Origin: an uncultured Algimonas sp.
GTDB taxonomy: Bacteria; Pseudomonadota; Alphaproteobacteria; Caulobacterales; Maricaulaceae
Length of the DNA: 64,000 nucleotides
Direction of reading: 5' to 3'
Assembly: GCA_964352855.1 (NCBI GenBank)
Contig: CAYGTR010000013.1
Location: 3,782 to 67,781 of the forward strand
Below, piece by piece: positions 19,771-27,794 of this stretch (positions are counted from its first letter, which is position 1; each line of letters begins with the position of its first letter). The notes beneath the pieces were generated by a model. The model was not told the origin of the DNA. It saw nothing but the letters and a program-made list of their open reading frames with translations, and did no database searches. The translations under genes were made by a program, and so were the position numbers.

Positions 19771-20015
19771 ATGTAAGAAAAATGCAGTTTTACGGTATAT
19801 CCGGCAGTTTAAGCGCGAATTTCTTTTTTAAAATACTAACGTTTTTTAACCGTGTCTTTTCACAATATCGAAAGCCTAATGGCATATGAAGGGTTTCAAT
19901 AAGGATCAGGACGACACACCGGTTAACAGGTTTGCGGTTTGATTTGACCCTGTCAGAGGTGGTGGGGGCGTGCGGATCGACTATCGGTCAAGGTGAGAAG
20001 ATTGGGAGTAACACA

Positions 20016-20390
20016 ATGACACATTCAATGGATAAATCCATTCAGAAGACGCGTTTCGCGATTGCAGACTTACAAAAGCGTATAGCCGTCTTAGAAGCAA
20101 CAAAAGAGGATTTGGAACGTCAAATTCGTAAACTTAATGACAGTGTGCCGGAGGATAATGTTGATCCCAATGCGCAAAAGGAAGGCTATGTCGCTTATGG
20201 TTCTTATGCCAATTCTGTCATTGCACGTAAGGAAAATATTCGTCGTTCATTAGGCGACATTACGGATCAAACATCAAGCTTGGCAGAAGATCTCCGTATT
20301 GCTCTTGATGCGCTTGATAGTTTTGAGCGTGTTCGCGCACGCCGCATGGCAAGTAAAGCAGAACAGGCGATGGTTCGCCGCGCAGGTTAG
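20016..20390 (+). CDS. small coiled-coil protein, FliJ-like (alphaproteobacterial flagellar export chaperone family)
   Basis: GGGAG SD 7 nt before the ATG at 20016. The heptad-rich sequence and the central DP......YVAYGSYANSVIARKENIRRSL resemble the DP..FAYPTYAKAA..RR.NL core of alphaproteobacterial FliJ genes often found next to ctrA (recalled, not searched). Confidence 0.5.
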   Translation: MTHSMDKSIQKTRFAIADLQKRIAVLEATKEDLERQIRKLNDSVPEDNVDPNAQKEGYVAYGSYANSVIARKENIRRSLGDITDQTSSLAEDLRIALDALDSFERVRARRMASKAEQAMVRRAG

Positions 20391-20407
20391 TCCATCTGAC
20401 ATCTCAA

Positions 20408-20441
20408 TAAACAAACCCGCTTCAACAGCGGGCTTGTTTAT
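20408..20441 (+). terminator. rho-independent terminator after the FliJ-like gene
   Basis: ATAAACAAACCCGC-ttcaaca-GCGGGCTTGTTTAT: 14-bp stem with one mismatch. The T-rich 3' arm runs into TTTAT. Confidence 0.7.
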
Positions 20442-20540
20442 AAGCGAATTAACCCGAATGACTTGGAATTTCCAAATCATTCGGGTCAGCCCCACCTGCT
20501 GAAAACCCCGAAGAGCAGAAGCAGGCGCCCACGCTTTTTG

Positions 20541-21389
20541 TTAGAAGCGGTAACGTCCGCGAAGCATCAACGGGATTGATGTGCGGCTCGCACCATTATT
20601 TGTACCAGCCAAAGCAGAGCCCGGCGTAATATTGCTGCTGTCGAGACCTTGCGTATATCGCACGCCCGTTTCCAAGGCGATTGTTGAATAGCGAGTCAAA
20701 GGGGTTTCGACACCCACGAGACCTGCCGCAGATCCGACCCATCCACTGTCATAGAAAGCGATATCGCCGCCCGGCAATGCTGCACCATTGGCTTGTGCGC
20801 CTGTAATAGCAATGTCGTCCACATGTGTTGCGCCAATGCGGCCTTCAACATAAGGACGGATGCTCGGCAAAATCAGTCCGGGACGCGGTGCGAAATACTG
20901 ACGTAAGCCAAGTTCAGCGCCATAAGATTTATAATCTGTCAAAGCCCCTGTCAGATTGACGCCTTCGTCAATCTGACCCCAATCCTGACGCCCTGCACTT
21001 TCAGCTTCATCAATGAAAGCCATCGCTGTAACTTTACGATTAGGGTTTAACGCGTAAGAGCCACCCAACTCTGCACGCACACCCGTATCATAAGCGTCTT
21101 TCATTTTGATGTTGTTAATCGCAACACCCGGAAGGTCATTTGTTTCATCACCCGTCACGGCTGTTCCGCCTACGTTAAAGGAAGGACCAATGCCGCCTTC
21201 TATGTTCCAACGTGATAAGCATTGGTGACTTTGGCAAGATGATTTGGGCGCTTTGTGAGCCACCTGTGATGTATGAGCATAATAACCGTTATTGGCATTA
21301 TAATGAGAATAATCTTTGTGGCCGCCAAGGCCGAGGAAGGAGCAACCTGAAAGAGCGATTGTCGCTGCGCCGAGAAGTAATATCCGCAT
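20541..21389 (-). CDS. outer-membrane beta-barrel protein with lipoprotein signal peptide (paralog 1 of 3)
   Basis: MRILLLGAATIALSGCSFLG lipobox. Alternating-hydrophobic beta-strand pattern. C-terminal LRGRYRF with terminal Phe (OMP sorting signature). AAGGA SD before the ATG at 21389; the ORF extends to 21449. Confidence 0.8.
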   Translation of the reverse strand: MRILLLGAATIALSGCSFLGLGGHKDYSHYNANNGYYAHTSQVAHKAPKSSCQSHQCLSRWNIEGGIGPSFNVGGTAVTGDETNDLPGVAINNIKMKDAYDTGVRAELGGSYALNPNRKVTAMAFIDEAESAGRQDWGQIDEGVNLTGALTDYKSYGAELGLRQYFAPRPGLILPSIRPYVEGRIGATHVDDIAITGAQANGAALPGGDIAFYDSGWVGSAAGLVGVETPLTRYSTIALETGVRYTQGLDSSNITPGSALAGTNNGASRTSIPLMLRGRYRF

Positions 21390-21501
21390 TGTTTTCATCC
21401 TTGTGTTCCGATCTGGCACAATTGCTGTGCAAGATGAGTGTTGGTTCAAGGATTTGCAAAAGGGAGGCCAACTGTTCGTGACAGGGTTTACCGACGAAAA
21501 A

Positions 21502-21526
21502 TAAAAAACCCGGCGCGTGGCCGGGC
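21502..21526 (-). terminator. rho-independent terminator after OMP paralog 2
   Basis: On the - strand: GCCCGGCcacgcGCCGGG followed by UUUUUU. Confidence 0.75.
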
Positions 21527-21554
21527 TTTATTAAATTTTGTGACGAGACGTTTT

Positions 21555-22799
21555 TTAGAAGCTGACACGTCCGCGTAATTTAACCGGGACACTCCAACGG
21601 TCATCAGACTCAGAAACTGTATCCATGCTGTTGCGCCACCGGATACCGGACTCGACGCCAATCGCGGCGCGTGAACCGACGGCTATTTCCGCACCTAGGA
21701 CAGCTGAAGCTGTTGGATTCCAACCCGCTTCGACATATTCAAAGGGAGCTGCATCATAAGCAACGCCATCTGAGCTATACGTGCGGTTGACCGAAACACT
21801 ATTATTGTGAGTGAAACCAGCCGTTGCACCTACATAAGGACGGAGTTTTGGACTTTGACCGACATATTGACGGACACCGCCTTCGATTGTGAAGAGGTCA
21901 AGATCAGAAAATTCTGCATCAATATCTTCAAGTGCACCGCGCGCATCAACAGATTGATACGCTTCTGCGACCTGACCATTGGCTGTGGCATAACCGACTG
22001 TACCAAGAAGTGTTGTATTGCGTGACACATCATAACCCAGTGAACCGCCAATTGATTTCATCTGGCCAAAAGCATCACTATAACTAATGCCGTCTGATCC
22101 GCCTGTGTTGACGGTTGTGCTGCCTAAAGCGAGGCCGGGATCTTTGGCTGTAAAGATGTCACCGCCAATATCAAATTCAGTTCCTCCGTCAAGCTCAGCA
22201 CCAAAGGGAAGTGCTGCACTTAAGCCTCTCATTTGTGGGCCACAACAGCCTTGAGCCGGCACACCATAAGGCTGCGGCACATATATGGGTGAGCCTTGTA
22301 CGTTTTGGACATAAGCGCCGTTGACATATTGACCATTAGATAATTGCGTTCCGACAACATTTTGACCGTAGACGCCACCCTGCCCGACAGCGTTTCCGCC
22401 GCCAACAGCTGCACCATAGGGTGCAGACGCACCCAACATCGTTGATCCGTAACCCTGTTGACCATATCCGACTTGTTGGCCGTAACCTGCCTGGGTCTGT
22501 CCAAACTGACCATAACTCGCTTGTTGTCCGTAGCCTTGTTGCGTAAATCCTTGCTGATTGAAGCCTGCTTGATTAAATCCAGCACCATATCCCGCATTCG
22601 CCACATTATAAGCACCGCTAACAGCACAAGCGCCTTGTGAGGCGTAACTGTTTTGGTAGCCATAGCCTTGCGAATTTGGGGCGCAGTTCACGTCATAGGC
22701 ACCGCCTGTTTGACCATACTGAGGATGATGTCCGCCTGACCCGAGCCAAGAGCAACCTGATAATAATACCGCTGATAAAGCGCAAACTGCGAGCCGCAT
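21555..22799 (-). CDS. outer-membrane beta-barrel protein with lipobox and a long Gln/Gly/Tyr-rich linker (paralog 2 of 3)
   Basis: MRLAVCALSAVLLSGCSWLG lipobox. About 170 aa of low complexity (GYGQQ-type repeats), then a beta-barrel-like region ending KLRGRVSF. GGAGG SD 5 nt before the ATG at 22799; the ORF extends to 22811. Confidence 0.8.
   Translation of the reverse strand: MRLAVCALSAVLLSGCSWLGSGGHHPQYGQTGGAYDVNCAPNSQGYGYQNSYASQGACAVSGAYNVANAGYGAGFNQAGFNQQGFTQQGYGQQASYGQFGQTQAGYGQQVGYGQQGYGSTMLGASAPYGAAVGGGNAVGQGGVYGQNVVGTQLSNGQYVNGAYVQNVQGSPIYVPQPYGVPAQGCCGPQMRGLSAALPFGAELDGGTEFDIGGDIFTAKDPGLALGSTTVNTGGSDGISYSDAFGQMKSIGGSLGYDVSRNTTLLGTVGYATANGQVAEAYQSVDARGALEDIDAEFSDLDLFTIEGGVRQYVGQSPKLRPYVGATAGFTHNNSVSVNRTYSSDGVAYDAAPFEYVEAGWNPTASAVLGAEIAVGSRAAIGVESGIRWRNSMDTVSESDDRWSVPVKLRGRVSF
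22227..22739 (-). repeat. in-frame degenerate tandem repeats encoding the Gln/Gly/Tyr/Asn-rich low-complexity region of OMP paralog 2
   Basis: Protein segment GYGYQNSY...GFNQAGFNQQGFTQQGYGQQASYGQFGQTQAGYGQQVGYGQQGYG...GGVYGQN... The DNA shows reiterated ~15-nt units (ggYtaYggYcaRcaR type). Confidence 0.8.
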
Positions 22800-22940
22800 G
22801 TCGGCCTCCAATCTCTCAGTTAATGTTTATTCTGACCCAATTTAAAACACGTTATGCTTAAGAAAGCGTTTTCAAATCGGAAACAAAACCTTAATTTATC
22901 AATTAATTACGTGGTTAATTGATGGGTGAATACATAGCTG

Positions 22941-24296
22941 CTAGAAATTATAGCTGCCGCGAATTGTGAACGGAATGGCGATGTTGGTATCGCCTTTTTG
23001 ATCATTGAGGTAATTACGAGCGCCTTCGATGCGGACACCCGTTTCAACGGCGATTCCCGTCCGCGGCGTCACTTGCCATTCAGCACCCACATTTAACTGA
23101 CCGGAGGGAACCCATTGGCTGTCATAGAGTGCAACTTGGGTTTCATTGCCGTCAATATTATAAAATTGTGAATCTTCTCCATCAGGATCATTAAATGCCT
23201 GTTCATAGAATCTTTGGGTCTGATCGGTTGTGTAGGAAACAGAGTTATAATGTGAAGCGCCAACTGCGGCCCCCACAAAGGGTGTTACGGTATTAAGGCC
23301 CGTAGATTTATTCCACGAATTGAAATAGTGACGTGCACCAATTTCAAGGTCATATCGGCGCATATCTGAGAAATCAGCTGTGAACCTTGCAATCTCCTCA
23401 TCAGGAATGAAACTGATATTTCTCAATGGAGGCGTAGCTGTAGGCGCTCCTGTCGCTGCATCGAGTTCTTCGACATCTTCAATTCTGTATAGCGTTGCAT
23501 TAACACTACTGACTGTTCCTGACTTACCTTCAGAAGCTGAGTAACCCGCGTTGAAAAAGACGGTGTTCTTTTTAGATAAAATATATTCTCCGCCTATCGC
23601 AACTCTTGTCGGTGTAGACCAAGCATCGTCCAGAGAGATTGTAGGCTCAGTCGCGCGATCAAATAATGCACCACTTGGGGCCCCATCAAAACGATCACGA
23701 GCACCCGCCGTATGAAGAGTTGACGTCCGTGTTATGACGCCGCTCGTAGTTTGCTGCTCAACAGTTCCTTCGTCAAAATCTGTTGGGATATAGCCTAGAG
23801 ATGGGCTTGTAGGTAGACCTGTCGCCAAATCAGTCGGAAAAGTTGCGTAATCCAAAACATCGCCACTAAAGCTTTTCTCTGCCCCAAGGCTCAATGAGCC
23901 GCGGAATTTTGGCTTACGAAGTTGCGGTACATTTCTTTGATGATTGGCGCCTTGTTGATGGGCTTGCCCGGCATGAGAGCCGTAATTCGCTGTTGCAAAA
24001 TTGGGTTGACCGAATTGCGGTTGCTGCGGAAACCCGTTGGTAGCCCCAAAATTATTTGTCGCTATAGTCACTGATGCAGGATCACAGCCTTGTGGAATCG
24101 GTTGTTGAGGCGAAAAGATCTGGCAAGGATCGGCTTGACGCTGTTGCCCCTGCATATGTGGTGCGCGTTGCTGATGGCCGTAATTGCCGTAGCTAGCTTG
24201 TTTATTATATCCCTGTTGCGATACACCCGTAAGACCGCCTAACCAAGAGCACCCTGACAGAGCAATCGCAGATACCGCACATAAAACAAGACGCAT
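22941..24296 (-). CDS. outer-membrane beta-barrel protein with lipobox and a Gln-rich linker (paralog 3 of 3)
   Basis: MRLVLCAVSAIALSGCSWLGG lipobox. About 100 aa of Q/G/N/P-rich low complexity. Beta-barrel-like C-terminal part ending TIRGSYNF. GAGGGG SD 7 nt before the ATG at 24296; the ORF extends to 24311. Confidence 0.8.
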   Translation of the reverse strand: MRLVLCAVSAIALSGCSWLGGLTGVSQQGYNKQASYGNYGHQQRAPHMQGQQRQADPCQIFSPQQPIPQGCDPASVTIATNNFGATNGFPQQPQFGQPNFATANYGSHAGQAHQQGANHQRNVPQLRKPKFRGSLSLGAEKSFSGDVLDYATFPTDLATGLPTSPSLGYIPTDFDEGTVEQQTTSGVITRTSTLHTAGARDRFDGAPSGALFDRATEPTISLDDAWSTPTRVAIGGEYILSKKNTVFFNAGYSASEGKSGTVSSVNATLYRIEDVEELDAATGAPTATPPLRNISFIPDEEIARFTADFSDMRRYDLEIGARHYFNSWNKSTGLNTVTPFVGAAVGASHYNSVSYTTDQTQRFYEQAFNDPDGEDSQFYNIDGNETQVALYDSQWVPSGQLNVGAEWQVTPRTGIAVETGVRIEGARNYLNDQKGDTNIAIPFTIRGSYNF

Positions 24297-24427
24297 AAAA
24301 CATCCCCTCAAATACCAACCCTCCGCCTAAAATTGACGGATTCATAACTATGGTTAATGAGAGAAATGCCCTGTTTTGCTTAACAAGCCGTTTAAACAAC
24401 GCGTTTTTTTGATTTTATTTTAACCGC

Positions 24428-24778
24428 TTATGATAAGAGTTTATTAATATTTTCAGGAGGACGGCCCAAAACAGCCTTACCATTACGCACAACAATCGGC
24501 CTTTCCATAAGTTTGGGATGTGCCACCATCGCGTCAATGAGCGCCTCCGCTCGGGTTTCGTCTTTGAGACTCATATCTTTATAAATCGCCTCGCCCTGTC
24601 TCATGAGCTGCCTTGGGTCTTCAAACCCCAATTGATTTAAAATTTGTCTGACATCCTCCTTCTTGAGAGGCGTCTCCAAGTAACGCACGATGTTTGGTTG
24701 AACGCCCGACGCCTCAAGGATCGCTAATGTTTGACGTGACTTTGAACATCGGGGGTTATGATAAATTGTAACATTCAT
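24428..24778 (-). CDS. arsC: arsenate reductase, glutaredoxin-coupled ArsC family
   Basis: MNVTIYHNPRCSKSRQTL... (catalytic Cys in the HNPxCxxSR context) and ...MERPIVV... resemble R773/E. coli ArsC. AAGGTGA SD before the ATG at 24778. Confidence 0.75.
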   Translation of the reverse strand: MNVTIYHNPRCSKSRQTLAILEASGVQPNIVRYLETPLKKEDVRQILNQLGFEDPRQLMRQGEAIYKDMSLKDETRAEALIDAMVAHPKLMERPIVVRNGKAVLGRPPENINKLLS

Positions 24779-24857
24779 GATTATCACCTTATGCAAATAT
24801 GCGTGTTGATTTCAAAGAGCCATAGCGCCAAGACACCCTCATGGACAAGAGAGCTTC

Positions 24858-25679
24858 ATGAAAACGGTTTTAGTCATATCCTCATTTGTCGCCGCCAGCC
24901 GCGTCGGCGCAACAGCCAGTGCCTTTTGTCTCAGGCGATTGGGCATTGAAGCCGTTATATTGCCCACAACACTTTTAGGGCGACATCCAGGCTGGGGTGC
25001 ACCTGGCGGTGGGTCAACAGATGTTGAGACGTTAAATGTTATGTGGGACGCCATTCGTGCGCAAAACATTCACTTTGATGGTGTTCTTTCAGGCTATATG
25101 GGTCATGAGGACCATGTCCTCCTTTGCGAGCGTATTATTAAAAACATAAAAACCGCAAACCCGTCATGCCATATATTGGTTGATCCGGTCATGGGGGATA
25201 ATGGCTCCCTTTATATACCGAAGGATAGAGCGGACGCCATCTCGACGTACCTCGTACCGCTTGCTGATACGCTTACGCCAAATTTATGGGAGCTCTCTTA
25301 TCTGGCAAAAAAAGATCTGACGGATGTGGACACGCTTTTGAAGGAAGCCCGCACGTTAACACCGCAAGCCTTAATTACCTCCGTGCCTGATGGGGGGAAT
25401 ATTGGGGCTGTCCTCGTGACCCCGGATAAAATGTCTCAAGTGTCGCATAAACGCTATGAGAGTGTGCCACATGGCGGCGGAGACTCGCTCGCGGCGACAT
25501 TCTTGGCACACACACTTTCAGGCTTGTCCTCTCAAGATGCGATGGAACGATCTGTGGCATCCATCTTTAACATTATGTCAGCTGCGAATAAATTTGATCT
25601 CGGAGAATTACCCCTTGTGAGAGAACAACAAGCGCTCATAAATGCAAAGCCTCTTAAAAGTCGGAAAATAGAATTATGA
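24858..25679 (+). CDS. pdxY: pyridoxal/pyridoxamine kinase
   Basis: 273 aa. Ribokinase-fold PdxK/PdxY pattern: VISSFVA.S.VG, SGYMG, VDPVMGD, and a C-terminal GGGDSLAA anion hole. Confidence 0.8.
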   Translation: MKTVLVISSFVAASRVGATASAFCLRRLGIEAVILPTTLLGRHPGWGAPGGGSTDVETLNVMWDAIRAQNIHFDGVLSGYMGHEDHVLLCERIIKNIKTANPSCHILVDPVMGDNGSLYIPKDRADAISTYLVPLADTLTPNLWELSYLAKKDLTDVDTLLKEARTLTPQALITSVPDGGNIGAVLVTPDKMSQVSHKRYESVPHGGGDSLAATFLAHTLSGLSSQDAMERSVASIFNIMSAANKFDLGELPLVREQQALINAKPLKSRKIEL

Positions 25680-26818
25680 GTAAAACACCTTTCGATATCT
25701 TTGCAACGAACGGCTTGGATCCTGTTGTTGACGCTTTCAAAGCCAATTTTACGGAGAGTGATGAGCTTGGCGCGCAATTTTGTCTGATGAGAGACGGTGA
25801 CATCTTGCTAGACTTGAAAGGCGGTTGGGCCGACCGAACAAAAGAAACCCCTGTAAATGATAGGACACTTTTTGGTGTCTATTCCTCAGGCAAGGCTATG
25901 GCCGCTTTGGTGATTGCACATCTCGTTGAGGAAGATCGTCTCGGCTATGACCAAATCGTCACGACATTGTGGTCAGACTTTGGACAACACGGCAAAGATA
26001 AGCTCACTGTCGCACAGCTTCTCTCTCATCAAGCGGGCCTATCAGGTATTACAGATCCTAATTGGACAGCGGAAGCATGGTTTGATTGGGATAAAACAAT
26101 CGCCGCCTTAGCTACCCAAAAACCTCTATATGAACCCGGTAAGGTGAGTGGTTATCACCCTTTGACCTTTGGTTATCTCGCAGGCGAATTGGTGCGTTTA
26201 GCCGATAAAGACGGTCGCACATTAGGCACAATTCTCAGAGAAGATTTATCGCAACCCTTTAATGCTGATGTTTGGATCGGATTGCCTGAAAGCGAACATG
26301 CACGCAGTGCCGCAATGGTGAAACCAAAAACGATGGCTGACCTCGGTGAAATCAATGCGGCCAGTCGCGCCGCTTTTCTGATGCCTTGGTCATCGACAGG
26401 CGGCATGAGCGTCAAGGCTTGGCGCGAAGCAGAATTTGCCGGATCGAATTGTCACGCGACCGCTAAAGGGCTTGCGACGCTCATGCAAGTCGCAGCCAGT
26501 GGTCGCTGCGGAGAAAGCCCTGTTTTGAGCGAAGATACACTTGCCGCTTTTAGCAAGCCGCGTATCTCGGGACAGGACTTGGTCTTGCCATTTGACATCA
26601 CCTTTGCTGCAGGTTTGATGGTCAATCTCCCCAACTTTTTCTATGGCACCACGCCGACAACATTAGGGCATAGTGGCTGGGGCGGATCTTGTGTCTTTGC
26701 TGATCCAGTCACAAGGCTTCACGGCGCATATGTCATGAACCGGCAGCACGGCACTCTTTTGGGTGATATGCGCCCACGCAAAATCATTGATGCCGCTTAT
26801 CAAGCGTTAGGAATTTAA
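25676..26818 (+). CDS. serine hydrolase, beta-lactamase/EstB-like family
   Basis: SxxK motif in VYSSGKAMAA. 380 aa. C-terminal HSGWGGS (KTG/HxG-like box). The start overlaps the pdxY stop (ATGA). Confidence 0.75.
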   Translation: MSKTPFDIFATNGLDPVVDAFKANFTESDELGAQFCLMRDGDILLDLKGGWADRTKETPVNDRTLFGVYSSGKAMAALVIAHLVEEDRLGYDQIVTTLWSDFGQHGKDKLTVAQLLSHQAGLSGITDPNWTAEAWFDWDKTIAALATQKPLYEPGKVSGYHPLTFGYLAGELVRLADKDGRTLGTILREDLSQPFNADVWIGLPESEHARSAAMVKPKTMADLGEINAASRAAFLMPWSSTGGMSVKAWREAEFAGSNCHATAKGLATLMQVAASGRCGESPVLSEDTLAAFSKPRISGQDLVLPFDITFAAGLMVNLPNFFYGTTPTTLGHSGWGGSCVFADPVTRLHGAYVMNRQHGTLLGDMRPRKIIDAAYQALGI

Positions 26819-26819
26819 T

Positions 26820-27278
26820 ATGGCAGATAAAATTCTTGAACGTCTTTGGGAAATGGGCCCCACTTTTATTTCCGGCACACCACATGCGCAAAAGCTCGGT
26901 ATGAAGTTTGTCGCTGTGGACAAAGGCCGCGCCACAATGTCACTCCCATATAATAAGGCTTTGATTGGCGATAAAGACACCGGTGTTATTCATGGCGGTG
27001 CCGTCACGACACTGTTGGATCAAGCTTCAGGTTTAGCGGCTTTAGCAGGTTTTGAGACCTTAGGGGCAACGGCAACGCTCTCACTCCGTATTGATTATAT
27101 GCGGGCGGCAACACCGGAGAAAACCATTATCGCCCAGGCGCATTGTTATAAAGCGACCAAACATGTCGCCTTTATTCGGGCTGTTGCCCATGACGGAGAT
27201 GAAAATGACCCCGTCGCGACAGCGCAAGCCTGTTTCATGGCGACAGGCCCGCGTCTTTCGGCGGAGGAAATAAAATGA
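26820..27278 (+). CDS. PaaI-family hotdog-fold thioesterase
   Basis: 152 aa. GVIHGGAVTTLLDQASG is the PaaI/4HBT-type signature. Confidence 0.75.
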   Translation: MADKILERLWEMGPTFISGTPHAQKLGMKFVAVDKGRATMSLPYNKALIGDKDTGVIHGGAVTTLLDQASGLAALAGFETLGATATLSLRIDYMRAATPEKTIIAQAHCYKATKHVAFIRAVAHDGDENDPVATAQACFMATGPRLSAEEIK

Positions 27279-27700
27279 CGGTCATTGATCCCGGAAAAAC
27301 ACATCCGGATGTCAGAGCTTTATTAGAAGAGATTCCCTACGCCGAAACGCTGGGCGTGAAGCCTTTTTTTATGGGGGAAGAATTCACGCTCATCCTGCCT
27401 TTTGATCAAAGCAATATCGGGAACCCTACTCTTCCCGCCTTACATGGCGGCGGTGTCGGTGGGTTTATGGAAGTCTGTGCCATTGCACAGCTGATAATGA
27501 ATAATCCCGGTGATAAATATCCGAAACCGATCGGCATTAATATTGATTATCTTCGCCGAGGAAAACCTGTTGAGACTTATGCCCGCGCCCAAATCTTCAA
27601 ACAAGGGAGTCGCGTTGCCAATGTCCGGGTACGCGCTTGGCAAGAAAACTTTGACGCCCCCATCGCGACGTTACACGGACACTTCTTAATGTCTCAGTAG
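27275..27700 (+). CDS. PaaI-family hotdog-fold thioesterase (second, divergent copy)
   Basis: 141 aa. PALHGGGVGGFMEVCA signature. 4-nt overlap with the preceding gene. Confidence 0.7.
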   Translation: MTVIDPGKTHPDVRALLEEIPYAETLGVKPFFMGEEFTLILPFDQSNIGNPTLPALHGGGVGGFMEVCAIAQLIMNNPGDKYPKPIGINIDYLRRGKPVETYARAQIFKQGSRVANVRVRAWQENFDAPIATLHGHFLMSQ

Positions 27701-27794
27701 TCAAACAGCCTGAGCCTTAGGTTTATGTGTGGGGGCTCCCAAGGCTCAGGCTGACAGACATAGAGGCCTTACTCTATATCAATGTTGATGTTGA

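Noticed and set aside
22229-22663. 144-aa same-strand alternative-frame ORF inside OMP paralog 2
   Set aside because: It stays open only because the underlying DNA is a degenerate tandem repeat lacking stop codons in that frame. The main frame has a signal peptide, a lipobox and an OMP C-terminus.
22891-22918. TTAA...TTAA pairs considered as full CtrA boxes
   Set aside because: The spacing is N8 (TTAA-tttatcaa-TTAA and TTAA-ttacgtgg-TTAA), not the canonical TTAA-N7-TTAA. Only the half-site-like TTAACCAC is reported.
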